Positions 1 through 9,083 of a DNA stretch of 64,000 nt are shown here, piece after piece. The translations under genes and the position numbers were made by a program. The DNA is from an uncultured Nitrososphaerota archaeon (GTDB lineage Archaea > Thermoproteota > Nitrososphaeria > Nitrososphaerales > Gagatemarchaeaceae), in NCBI GenBank assembly GCA_963838925.1, contig CAWISW010000002.1:32001-96000 (forward strand), in the 5' to 3' direction. The first letter of the stretch is position 1. The number at the start of each line of letters is the position of its first letter. The notes beneath the pieces were generated by a model that was not told where the DNA came from, ran no database searches, and saw only the letters and a program-made list of their open reading frames with translations.

Positions 1-188
1 GACATAATAATCAATTATGGTGCAAGCGTCTAACCCGTCGAGGAGAGCCTTGAGAAAAGGGACGAGGAAGGCCATCGCCCACCCCTCCCAGTTCCCTACG
101 CCCTTCGATAGCGGGAGCCGCTGCCTTCCTGAGAGTATTATCGCTTCCCGAAGAGGATTATTGAGCCTCTATATTCCCATGGGGAGGC

Positions 189-1139
189 TCAAGCCCCTGC
201 GGGAGCAACGGCGAGGGCGTCAAGCCCCTCCATCACATCTTCGGGTGGCCTTTCATCGAGCTGCCTCACGTTCTCCTCCACCTGCTCGGGACGGGACGCG
301 CCCACGATCATCGAAGTGACGGCCTGGTTCCTGGCTATCCAGTTGAGTGCGAGTTGCGAGAGGGGCATCTTGGCTGTCTCTGCGAGGGCCTTGAACTTCT
401 CCACGATCGCATAGTTCTCGGGCTTGTTCATCCTCCCCCAGAATCGGGGATACAGCGCGCCCCTGGTGCCCGCGGGCGCCGGCACTCCCTCAGAGTACTT
501 GCCGGTCAGAAACCCCCCCGCAAGCGCCGAATACGTGATCGCGCCCAGCCCCTCCGACTGGCAGAACGGAAGCAGTTCCCTTTCGGCCTCCCGGTTGAGA
601 AGGTTGTAGGGAGGTTGAAGCGCGACCATCTTTTCGAGGCCTAGCCTCTCGCTGACCTCGTTCACGGCCCTCATGTTCTCGACGGTGAAGTTCGAGCACG
701 CGAGGTACAGGATCTTACCGTCGCGGATGAGCTGGTCGAAGGTCCTCATCGTCTCTTCGAGCGGGGTCTCAGGGTCGAACCTGTGCATGTAGTAGATGTC
801 GATGTGGTCGGTCTGGAGCATCTTGAGGCTCACGGCGGTCTGCCACAGGATGTGCTTGCGGGAGAGTCCCGTGTCGTTAGGCCCCTCGCCCACGTCGTGC
901 CCAAGCTTTGTGGCGATGACGAAGCGGTCTCTGTCGCCGCGCACCGCCTTCCCGATGATCTCCTCCGACCGCCTCCCAGTGTAGACGTTCGCTGTGTCGA
1001 TGCTGTTGATCCCGAGGTCCATCGCCTTCCTGATGACGCGGATCGACGTCTCCTCGTCGGCATCCCTGCCGAAGTTGTTGGTCCCGAGCGACATCCGGGA
1101 GACCTTGAGCCCGGTCCTCCCCACGGCCCTGTATTCCAA
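189..1139 (-). CDS. Aldo/keto reductase
   Basis: GRTGLKVS, IDTANVY, IATK, DIYYMHRFD and QPPYNLL motifs; start moved to TTG (LEYRAVG). Confidence 0.92.
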   Translation of the reverse strand: MEYRAVGRTGLKVSRMSLGTNNFGRDADEETSIRVIRKAMDLGINSIDTANVYTGRRSEEIIGKAVRGDRDRFVIATKLGHDVGEGPNDTGLSRKHILWQTAVSLKMLQTDHIDIYYMHRFDPETPLEETMRTFDQLIRDGKILYLACSNFTVENMRAVNEVSERLGLEKMVALQPPYNLLNREAERELLPFCQSEGLGAITYSALAGGFLTGKYSEGVPAPAGTRGALYPRFWGRMNKPENYAIVEKFKALAETAKMPLSQLALNWIARNQAVTSMIVGASRPEQVEENVRQLDERPPEDVMEGLDALAVAPAGA

Positions 1140-1243
1140 TTTGTCGCGGCCCGGGTATGGGCGCGCTAGAAATTCTTTTCCGGGAGGATCCACGCCGCCC
1201 ATTAGAGTGGCTAAAATACCGGCAGCCACGCGGGTGGGAAACG

Positions 1244-2155
1244 TTGCAGTTCGGAACCAGGAGGGTCCAGGTAGTCGCCGCCGTGGTACTGGTGGTGCTG
1301 CTGGGGGGCACCTTCGCCTACTACACCAGCGTCACAGGTTCCGGTAGCAAGACTTCCAGCGTGACAACGACCCAGTCGACCGAGATAACCCTTCCCGGCT
1401 CTGGAGGGACGGCCACCAAGTCCACGACTTCGAGCTATACCTCCACGACCCTGTCAGTCGTGTCATCGACGACCCTGCCCTGCACCTCTGCTGCCAGCGG
1501 CTCGACCTCTGCCGGGCCGACCAGCCTGCCGAATTACATCCCCCTGTTCTCCACCGTCTCCCAGATGACGATGCAGGTGCAGCAGATCGTGCGCGACCAG
1601 TACGGGAGGATCAACACCACCGCAGCGACTGTTGGCTACAATGTGGCAGGCACGACCGTGATCAACACCACGAAGCTCTACGTGGTCAACCTCCAGGTTT
1701 CGACGTCGGGTGCGAACGGGACCACCAACTCGCAGCAGGCGACGGCGTACTTCGACCAGGACGGGGACCTCTACATGGCCTCGCAGCCCAACCTGAACAC
1801 CACGGGCTCGACCGCCGTCCAGCTGGTCTCACCCTACCTCGACCCGTTCGACTACGAGCTGACCACCACCCAACAGCTCGCGACCTACACCAACCCGAGC
1901 CTATATTCCACCCTCAACCACACGCAGGTGACCTTGGGCACCACGGTCATGAACGTCACGTACGCCCAGCCGACGGGCGTCCCGTCTAGCGTGACCGTCT
2001 GCGGGCAGACCACCTTGGTGGAGAGCGTCCTCTTCGCCTTCGGCGTGCTTCCCGGGACAAACACCTCGATAATCACCTACTACTACTCGCTAGGGACCGA
2101 CGGCGTCAACAACGTCGCCTTCGGGTACAAGATCATCAGCGCCACGGCTGGTTGA
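1244..2155 (+). CDS. Membrane-anchored Ser/Thr-rich surface protein
   Basis: N-terminal TM helix, S/T-rich linker, many N-x-T sequons; start uncertain. Confidence 0.75.
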   Translation: MQFGTRRVQVVAAVVLVVLLGGTFAYYTSVTGSGSKTSSVTTTQSTEITLPGSGGTATKSTTSSYTSTTLSVVSSTTLPCTSAASGSTSAGPTSLPNYIPLFSTVSQMTMQVQQIVRDQYGRINTTAATVGYNVAGTTVINTTKLYVVNLQVSTSGANGTTNSQQATAYFDQDGDLYMASQPNLNTTGSTAVQLVSPYLDPFDYELTTTQQLATYTNPSLYSTLNHTQVTLGTTVMNVTYAQPTGVPSSVTVCGQTTLVESVLFAFGVLPGTNTSIITYYYSLGTDGVNNVAFGYKIISATAG

Positions 2156-2250
2156 CTCAGCTCGCGCCCGTGTTCGGAACTGACCGTCGAAGCGTGACGG
2201 CGGCAAGGAATCGTAATAGACTAAAGCCGGCCGGCCCACCGCCTCGCGGG

Positions 2251-2757
2251 ATGAAGAAGAGCAGGCCTCCTAGGGAGGCGACTCCTCGGTACAAGGTCAG
2301 GGAGCTCGAGGCGGCTGACCTGGAGAACGGGTTCCTGGAGGCTCTGGAGAACCTCAGCGACGTCGGCGGACTCCTCCCAGGGGAGGCTCGGGTGATCCTC
2401 TCCTCTATAGAGCGCGCACAGTACTATCACATCCTCGTGGCCGTGGCCGACGGAGGCCGGATACTCGGGGCGACCACCCTCTTCGTAGAGCAGAAGTTCA
2501 TCCACCGGGGCGGTCTGGTCGGGCACATCGAAGACGTGGCCGTCAGGAGAGGCTTCGAAGGCATGGGGGTCGGCGGCTCCCTCGTGAACGCGGCCGTGAG
2601 GCTGGCTAAGGAGCTTGGGTGCTACAAGTGCATCCTGGACTGCAAGGCTGACCTGGTGGGGTTCTACCAAGGCTTGGGATTCCACAAGCACGACGTCGGG
2701 ATGCGGATCGACCTGAGGCCAGTCCATCCTCGACGGAAGCCCAGCGCGGCCGGCTAG
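2251..2757 (+). CDS. GNAT acetyltransferase, glucosamine-6-phosphate N-acetyltransferase-like
   Basis: EQKFIH-GG-VGHIEDVAV, GCYKCILDC and FY-LGF motifs. Confidence 0.88.
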   Translation: MKKSRPPREATPRYKVRELEAADLENGFLEALENLSDVGGLLPGEARVILSSIERAQYYHILVAVADGGRILGATTLFVEQKFIHRGGLVGHIEDVAVRRGFEGMGVGGSLVNAAVRLAKELGCYKCILDCKADLVGFYQGLGFHKHDVGMRIDLRPVHPRRKPSAAG

Positions 2758-3269
2758 AGCGAGTAGTTGCAGTTGGGGCACTGGTACCTTACGACCTCGC
2801 CCTTGTTCTCCACCCTCTCCATGAAGCCCGACCTGCAGTTCGGGCAGAGGACCTCCATCGGCTCGGCGGGCGCATCGTGCAGAAACGCGTTGAGCAGCGG
2901 CTTCCCGCCCAGGAGGGACCTTCCATCGAGGTCTGCCAGCGTGACCCAGCCGAGGAACTTGTCGCTCTCGAAGACCCCGAGCCTCGTGACGCCCGTCTCC
3001 ACCAACCTTCTCTTAGCCTCCTTCGTGGAGGTATCCGGATGTATCTTGAAGAGGGGCGACATCACCTCCTTCACTGTGACCTCGCTAGGGCTCTTGTTGA
3101 GAGGGATGAACTTGCGGAGTATCCTCCTGTCGGTGAGCATCCCTACCGCTTTGTCCCCGTTGTAGACAACAACTCCTGAGGAACCGGAGTCATTCATGAT
3201 TTTCGAGGCATCTAGAACGCTGGTCGACGCGCTCACCCGCTCGACGCCAGTCTGCATCACGTCCCTCAC
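2754..3269 (-). CDS. CBS-domain pair with C-terminal zinc ribbon
   Basis: Two CBS repeats; CPNC...CPNC. Confidence 0.85.
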   Translation of the reverse strand: MRDVMQTGVERVSASTSVLDASKIMNDSGSSGVVVYNGDKAVGMLTDRRILRKFIPLNKSPSEVTVKEVMSPLFKIHPDTSTKEAKRRLVETGVTRLGVFESDKFLGWVTLADLDGRSLLGGKPLLNAFLHDAPAEPMEVLCPNCRSGFMERVENKGEVVRYQCPNCNYSL

Positions 3270-3420
3270 TTTCGCCAGCTCTCTCGCCTTCGTCCGGTCT
3301 TGAAGCCCCGGGAATAATCAACCTTTCCCAACGAACGACGCGGTATTAGCGCGGACATGATAACTCGCTGTCGGTGGTTTGCGCGAAACTCCTAAAGCCG
3401 GGCGGGGGACCCAAGCCCAC

Positions 3421-4236
3421 GTGGGCGGCATCCAGACCGACGGATACAGGGTCAAAGAGGGGGAGAAGGTCCGCTTGGACAAGTGGTCGCCCGACGACTC
3501 GTCGAGCTTCTCCGGCGGGGAGGCTGAAGCCCTGGAGGAGTCCAAGAAGCTCACCCTCAAGCTCGAGGGTCTACAGGAGCTCCTCTACGCGGTGCACAAG
3601 CACAAGGTGCTCATAGTCCTCCAGGCGATGGACACGGGGGGAAAGGACGGGACGATCAGGAAGGTCTTCGAAGGGGTCAACCCGCAGGGAGTCCGGGTGG
3701 CGCACTTCCGGGTGCCCACCCCCGAGGAGGCAGACCACGACTTCCTGTGGAGGGTGCACAGTCAGACCCCCGCGAGCGGCCAGATGGTCATCTTCAACAG
3801 GAGCCACTACGAGGGAGTCCTCGTGGAGAGGGTCCACGGCCTGGTGCCGGAGGAGACTTGGTCGCGCCGCTACAAGGAGATCGTGCACTTCGAGAAGCTG
3901 CTGCACGAGGACCATGGCGTCATAATGAAGTTCTACCTGCACATAGACGAGGCCGAACAGAAGAGGCGCATACAGGAGCGCCTGAACGACCCCGCGAAGC
4001 AATGGAAGTTCAGCCTCTCGGACGTCCAGGAGAGGAAGTTCTGGCCCGAGTACCTGGCGGCCTACGAGGACGCCATGCAGAACACCAGCACGGACTACTC
4101 GCCCTGGTACGTCATCCCCTCGAACAAGAAGTGGTTCCGAGACCTTCTCGTCTCCACCATCATAGTGGAGAAGCTAGAGAAGCTCGGGATGGAGTACCCC
4201 AAGCTAGCTGTAGACCCGAAGTCGATCAAGCTGTAG
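3421..4236 (+). CDS. ppk2: Polyphosphate kinase 2 (class III-like)
   Basis: QAMDTGGKDG Walker A, FNRSHYE, KQWKFS, PWYVIP; start uncertain (3379 or 3421). Confidence 0.93.
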   Translation: MGGIQTDGYRVKEGEKVRLDKWSPDDSSSFSGGEAEALEESKKLTLKLEGLQELLYAVHKHKVLIVLQAMDTGGKDGTIRKVFEGVNPQGVRVAHFRVPTPEEADHDFLWRVHSQTPASGQMVIFNRSHYEGVLVERVHGLVPEETWSRRYKEIVHFEKLLHEDHGVIMKFYLHIDEAEQKRRIQERLNDPAKQWKFSLSDVQERKFWPEYLAAYEDAMQNTSTDYSPWYVIPSNKKWFRDLLVSTIIVEKLEKLGMEYPKLAVDPKSIKL

Positions 4237-4261
4237 CGCTTGTCGCCGCCGTCCGGCGCGG

Positions 4262-5179
4262 CTACCTGGTCACTAGCACGGAGCACGGGGCGTAGTGCAG
4301 GACGCTGTTGGCCACGCTCCCCAGGAGCAGCTTTTTGAAACCGCCGTTCCCCCTGGTACCCACCGCGATCAGGTCGACGTCTCCCTTCTCCGCAAGCTGG
4401 ACTATGCCTTGCGCGGGTGACGTGAGCTCGGTCACGAGCTCGCCCTTCGGGTTCGCGACGCCCGCTTCCTTCGCGAACTTCACCGCCTTCTGAATCACCA
4501 CCTTGGCGACCTTCTCGGCGTCCTCCTCGATCTTGTCGGTGGGTATGGACGTGCCCGGGAGGCCCATCGACCAGAACAGGCCGGGGACGTAAACCACGTG
4601 CGCTATCACCAGCTCAGCGCCGAGCCTGTTTGCCAAGTCGGCCGCGGCCTCGAGCGCCCTCTGGGCGTTCGGCGAGCCATCGATCGCGACCAGGATGCGC
4701 CTGATGGGCGCGCCGCTCTTCTTTCCCTTCCCCGCCCTGACCACCAGCGTGGCGCACGGTGAGTGCTCGGCGACCGCGCTTGAGACGCTCCCCAGGGCCG
4801 CCCTCCTGAAGCCACCCAGGCCCCTCGTCCCCATGACTATGACGTCGGACTTCTCCTGGGCGGCGTATTCAAGAATCGTCTCCACAGGGGATGCCCTCCC
4901 TTGGGGCACCTCCTTCTCGGTGACACCGACGCCGACGCTCTTGAAGACGGCCGCGGCCTTGTCGACGTTGTCGTCAGCCTTGTTGATCAGATGAGAATAG
5001 TACTCGCCCTCGAGGGGGGCGGCTAACGCGCTTATCGAAGGGATGGCGCTGAGGATTGTGACCTCGGAATCGAAGCTCTTCGCGATCTGCGCGGCCGTCT
5101 CCGAGGCCTCCATGGAGCTGGGAGAGCCATCGGTCGCCAGGAGCATTCTTGCGAACCGTTTCCCTTGGTTCTTGGACAT
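4262..5179 (-). CDS. Tandem universal stress protein
   Basis: Two USP domains (ATDGS/AIDGS; GTRG..LGSV..PC). Confidence 0.93.
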   Translation of the reverse strand: MSKNQGKRFARMLLATDGSPSSMEASETAAQIAKSFDSEVTILSAIPSISALAAPLEGEYYSHLINKADDNVDKAAAVFKSVGVGVTEKEVPQGRASPVETILEYAAQEKSDVIVMGTRGLGGFRRAALGSVSSAVAEHSPCATLVVRAGKGKKSGAPIRRILVAIDGSPNAQRALEAAADLANRLGAELVIAHVVYVPGLFWSMGLPGTSIPTDKIEEDAEKVAKVVIQKAVKFAKEAGVANPKGELVTELTSPAQGIVQLAEKGDVDLIAVGTRGNGGFKKLLLGSVANSVLHYAPCSVLVTR

Positions 5180-5333
5180 CGAAAGCCACGGAATCGGGGG
5201 GCTATTTTAGCGTAGGGCAGCGCGTGCCGCAGCCGAGCAAGTCGTCGAGGAGCGCAGGTTGACCTCTGGTCAACTCCTTTGGCCAGCGGAGCTGAAATGC
5301 GTGGCTGCCCTATGTCGAGGGTGGGTAGTCCGC

Positions 5334-5747
5334 ATGGCAGAGTCAGTCCTCCATAGAAGCATGAAGGAGAGCGTCTCGAGAGAGCTGGCCGGCGAGGGCT
5401 ACTCCGTGTTCTTCGAGCCTCCCTACGCGCCGTCACGGTTCCTAAGCTGGGAGTCCTATCGCCCGGACCTCTTCGGCATAAGGACGGGCGCAGGATGGCA
5501 GGAGTACGTCCTTGTAGAGTGCGAGACGAGGCCCTCAGGAAGGAAGATGGCCTCGAAGAACTTCAGGAGCGTAGACGTCCAGACGAGGCTCAACTCCGAG
5601 CTGTCGCTTAGGAGGATTCTCGTCGTTCCCCGGGGGACGCTGTCCTGCGTGGACTCTTCGATGAGGCTGTCATGGGAGGCCTGGATCTACGAGGGCGGAA
5701 CCTTCCAGAGGTTCCCGATGGCGTGCGAAGCCGGCTCGACGAGCTGA
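5334..5747 (+). CDS. Small protein with probable PD-(D/E)xK nuclease-like fold
   Basis: H...E..RPDL...VECET pattern. Confidence 0.55.
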   Translation: MAESVLHRSMKESVSRELAGEGYSVFFEPPYAPSRFLSWESYRPDLFGIRTGAGWQEYVLVECETRPSGRKMASKNFRSVDVQTRLNSELSLRRILVVPRGTLSCVDSSMRLSWEAWIYEGGTFQRFPMACEAGSTS

Positions 5748-5816
5748 AGCGACACCGCGGGCGAACCCGGCAAGGATGCGAATCACTTTTTACGCCGCCC
5801 GCCCGCTCCGTCCACG

Positions 5817-6215
5817 TTGCCTCAGGCCGAGAACCTAGAGTCGGTCCATGCCTTCTTCGACAGGATCCTGAACGAGGGGGACATGGCGAGCCTTGAGAGC
5901 TTCTCCCACCGCGACGTTGCCGTGCCGCAGGCCGCGCCCGGAATCGAGAGCCTCAGGAGGCTCCTGGTCGAGACTAGGGGGACGTTCGCGAACCCCGAGT
6001 ACAAGGTGATGGACACGATATGCGAAGGCGAGAAGGTCGTCGTCCGATTCTCCGCGAAGGCCACGCACGCCGGGAAGTACATGGGCCTTCCCGCAACAGG
6101 CAAGAAGCTCAAGCTCTGGGGAGTGATGATACTCAGGTTCGAGGCAGGCGCCATCGCGGAGTTCTGGACCCTCGTCGACGCCCAGGCCATTCTGAAACAG
6201 CTCAGAGACTCCTAG
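5817..6215 (+). CDS. SnoaL-like ester cyclase
   Basis: EGEKVVVR, THAGKYMGLPATGK, IAEFW. Confidence 0.85.
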   Translation: MPQAENLESVHAFFDRILNEGDMASLESFSHRDVAVPQAAPGIESLRRLLVETRGTFANPEYKVMDTICEGEKVVVRFSAKATHAGKYMGLPATGKKLKLWGVMILRFEAGAIAEFWTLVDAQAILKQLRDS

Positions 6216-6266
6216 ACCGATGGAATCTGCCAGCTAAATACGACATGGAATCTTACGAGGGAGTAG

Positions 6267-6770
6267 ATGGAGATTCTCGAGGGCGAGGCGCTCTACCGAG
6301 CCCTACTTCAGCGATATTCGCAGGACCCCAGGGGCTGGAGCTTCACGGTCTCCCAGTCGCCAAAGAGCGGCTTCTTCGACGCGCTTGTCGCGGGGCCGGA
6401 TGAGGTCTGGCAGCTAAAGCTCGACACGGTATACAAGCCATCTCCGCTCGTGCTCGGCTCGAGGACCGAGCAAGGCCAGCCCAGCGCGACGCCACCTCCC
6501 ATCTCCTTCGGGTTCAGGAGATTCGACCCTCGAGAGGCCCCCGGGCTGCTCGACGGATCCTCGCAGAGCATCAGCGACCTCCTCACATTCCTGCAATCGG
6601 TGAACCCCGTGGCGCCGACCGGGCGGGGCAGCTACATCCAAGGGCCTTTCCTGTTCGCGAACCCTGGCCACGTTAGCCGCTCCCTGAACGGCGAGCAGCA
6701 GACGGTCGACCTTAGGCTTTCCGAAGAGATGCTGAAGCTGGTCCGCAGCAGGTACCCGAGCTACCTCTAG
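6267..6770 (+). CDS. Hypothetical protein
   Basis: SD (GAGGGAG) before ATG, host-like codon usage. Confidence 0.7.
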   Translation: MEILEGEALYRALLQRYSQDPRGWSFTVSQSPKSGFFDALVAGPDEVWQLKLDTVYKPSPLVLGSRTEQGQPSATPPPISFGFRRFDPREAPGLLDGSSQSISDLLTFLQSVNPVAPTGRGSYIQGPFLFANPGHVSRSLNGEQQTVDLRLSEEMLKLVRSRYPSYL

Positions 6771-6857
6771 CCTCCCTGCGTTGAAAACGCCGAGGTTTCA
6801 GAACCCGCGGTCGCACCGCGGAAACGTAATATCCATCCGGGGCGACCGTGGTCGCAG

Positions 6858-8318
6858 ATGGCGTCCGCTTCGCTCGAGTCCTGGACGAGGGAGGCCGAGT
6901 CCCTGGAGACGGCAAAGAACCTGCTCTACTTCAAGCAGCTCGTCGGCCTGAGCTTTGACAAGGACAGGCTCGCATCCCTCGAGGGAAGGACGAAGTCGCA
7001 CTACTCGAGCTATCTCAGGAAGCACGGCAGAGGCACCGACGGGCCGAGGGGGCTGTTCCTGATGTCGGTGAGCACGGTCGGGATGGCGGTCACGTACAAA
7101 CAGCTACTCAAGCTCCACGATGCCAGGGCGACCAAGGTGGTCTCTCGCGAGTTCAAGTTCGGAGGCGCCCCAGTAAACTGGGGCTCTTGGAGGCAGTTCG
7201 CGGCAAGCTCGGACGACTCCCACGCCCGCAAGACCCTCTTCGACGACTTCGTAGAAAAGTCGACGCTGTTGGCGCCCCTCGTCCAGAGGCGCTTCGAGGC
7301 GTACAGGGCGGTCCTAGCCCGGTTCGGGACAGACCCGCTCTCGGCCTACCTGGAGCACGAGGGCGTCTCATACGACAGGCTGACCTCCATGGTCCAGCGT
7401 CTTGGGGAGCTCGCGAAAGGCCCCTTCGCTCAGGCCCTGGCCGGCTACTCCGCGGAGATAATCGGGAGACCCGCCGAGTACTACGACGACTACTACTTCT
7501 TCAGGAACCGGGTCTTCAGGAGATACGCGAAGAAGCTTCCCACCAAGGAGAAGCCCATCGACAAGATCTCGAAGACAATGAAGAAGATGGGTTTGGACGC
7601 CTCCAAGATCGCCGTCGATGACGCCGACCGCAAGGGGAAGAGCGCATCCGCGTTCTGCTCGGGCATCAAGATCCCAACAGACGTAAGGATCTCGTACAGG
7701 AAGGCGAACCCCCTCGAAGACTTTTCCTCCGTCTTCCACGAGTTCGGGCACGGAATCCACTTCTCGTCCATCGACTCGGGCGCGAGCTTCGCCGACAGGT
7801 ACTGGGTCGCGAACGGCGTCGCCGAGATATTCTCGATCTTCTTCGAAGGGCTCATGCACGAGCGGCAGTTCCTTACGACTGAGCTGGGCCTCCCAGGAGA
7901 CGTAGCGGAGGACATCCTTCGGCGCTACCGCTTCAACAGCCTCTACTTCGCGACCTTCTACGCCGCGAACTCGAGCTTGAAGCTGCGTTACTGGCACGAC
8001 TCGTTGCCCTTCGACTCCCTCGACGGCCTCTACTCAGACCTCACCGAGAGGTTCCTCGGAATCAGGTATCCGGGCGCCTACTGGAAGCTCCACCACGTAA
8101 TGCCGGACTACATCCTGTACTCTCCCTCCTACCTCATCGCCGCCGTCCGCGCCCTGGAGCTCCGCAACTCCCTCGTCGCCAAGTTCGGAGAGGCGTACTG
8201 GAGGGAGAAGGGGAGCGGAAGAGAGGTGATGCAGCTGATGCGCCCCGGGCAGTCCCTAGACCTCGGCTTCTCGAAGCTCGACGAGGCGGCCTATGTGAAG
8301 AGCCTAACTGCCGCTTGA
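6858..8318 (+). CDS. Zinc metallopeptidase, M3/M32-like gluzincin
   Basis: HEFGH (HExxH) plus downstream AEIFS glutamate; YSPSY. Confidence 0.75.
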   Translation: MASASLESWTREAESLETAKNLLYFKQLVGLSFDKDRLASLEGRTKSHYSSYLRKHGRGTDGPRGLFLMSVSTVGMAVTYKQLLKLHDARATKVVSREFKFGGAPVNWGSWRQFAASSDDSHARKTLFDDFVEKSTLLAPLVQRRFEAYRAVLARFGTDPLSAYLEHEGVSYDRLTSMVQRLGELAKGPFAQALAGYSAEIIGRPAEYYDDYYFFRNRVFRRYAKKLPTKEKPIDKISKTMKKMGLDASKIAVDDADRKGKSASAFCSGIKIPTDVRISYRKANPLEDFSSVFHEFGHGIHFSSIDSGASFADRYWVANGVAEIFSIFFEGLMHERQFLTTELGLPGDVAEDILRRYRFNSLYFATFYAANSSLKLRYWHDSLPFDSLDGLYSDLTERFLGIRYPGAYWKLHHVMPDYILYSPSYLIAAVRALELRNSLVAKFGEAYWREKGSGREVMQLMRPGQSLDLGFSKLDEAAYVKSLTAA

Positions 8319-8347
8319 AGTGGCCAGCCTCTCGGGCGCGTCTATCG

Positions 8348-9073
8348 TCATAGGAGGAGCTTGCTGGCGTTCTCGTAGAGCACTAACTCCTTTTGTCTCT
8401 CAGTGAGGCCAGCGACCTTGACCTTCTGAAGCTCTACCGAGTAGTCGTGAAACGGGTAGTCTGAGCCGAAGACAACCCTTCCCTCGCCTACCCTCTCCAC
8501 CGCCTCTTTGATCTTTGAGTGCATCGAGACGCCGGATGTCTCCAGGATGATGTTGTCGTGCTTCTTGGCCGTGTCTATTGCTGCCTTGATGTAGACGCCA
8601 TGCGCGTGACCCATGTGAAGCATCACGATCCTGACGTCCGGATACATCTCTGCCAGCTCCCCAATACTCCAAGGCAAAGAAAAAGGAGGGTGACCGGAGT
8701 GGATTGCGACTGGTATCCGCTTCTTCCCGGCAAACTCGACGATGGGCAGCACCTCCTCGTCGGTCGGAAGGAAAGCATGAACTAGCGGGTGGAGCTTCAC
8801 CCCCTTGAAACCCCAGCGCGTCACCGACTCCTTGACAAGAGACAGCGCCCCCTTGTCGTGCGGGTTTGGCCACACGTACCCGACGAACCTCTCGGGGTGG
8901 CTCAGCACCGTTTTCCGGACGAGCAGATTGTCTGGAGCGAAGAGAACCGCCCTCTCTACACCTGAAGCGTCCATTTTGCTAAGAAGCTCTTTGGCTGAGC
9001 AAGAGACGTTCGCCCAGCTGCCGAACCGGCCCACGTGCGAGTGAGCGTCGATGATTTTGGTCGGGTCTGACAA
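8348..9073 (-). CDS. Amidohydrolase_2 family metal-dependent hydrolase
   Basis: IDAHSH, GVKLHP, IHSG, LHMG, FGSDYP. Confidence 0.88.
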   Translation of the reverse strand: MSDPTKIIDAHSHVGRFGSWANVSCSAKELLSKMDASGVERAVLFAPDNLLVRKTVLSHPERFVGYVWPNPHDKGALSLVKESVTRWGFKGVKLHPLVHAFLPTDEEVLPIVEFAGKKRIPVAIHSGHPPFSLPWSIGELAEMYPDVRIVMLHMGHAHGVYIKAAIDTAKKHDNIILETSGVSMHSKIKEAVERVGEGRVVFGSDYPFHDYSVELQKVKVAGLTERQKELVLYENASKLLL

Positions 9074-9083
9074 CGTTACTCTC

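Noticed and set aside
1-75. Gene fragment at the window edge (plus-strand end at 33, or minus-strand start at 75)
   Set aside because: Too little sequence to decide between the two readings.
3397-3415. GCGGGGGACCCAA resembling the c-di-AMP riboswitch core
   Set aside because: The rest of the consensus and structure is absent.
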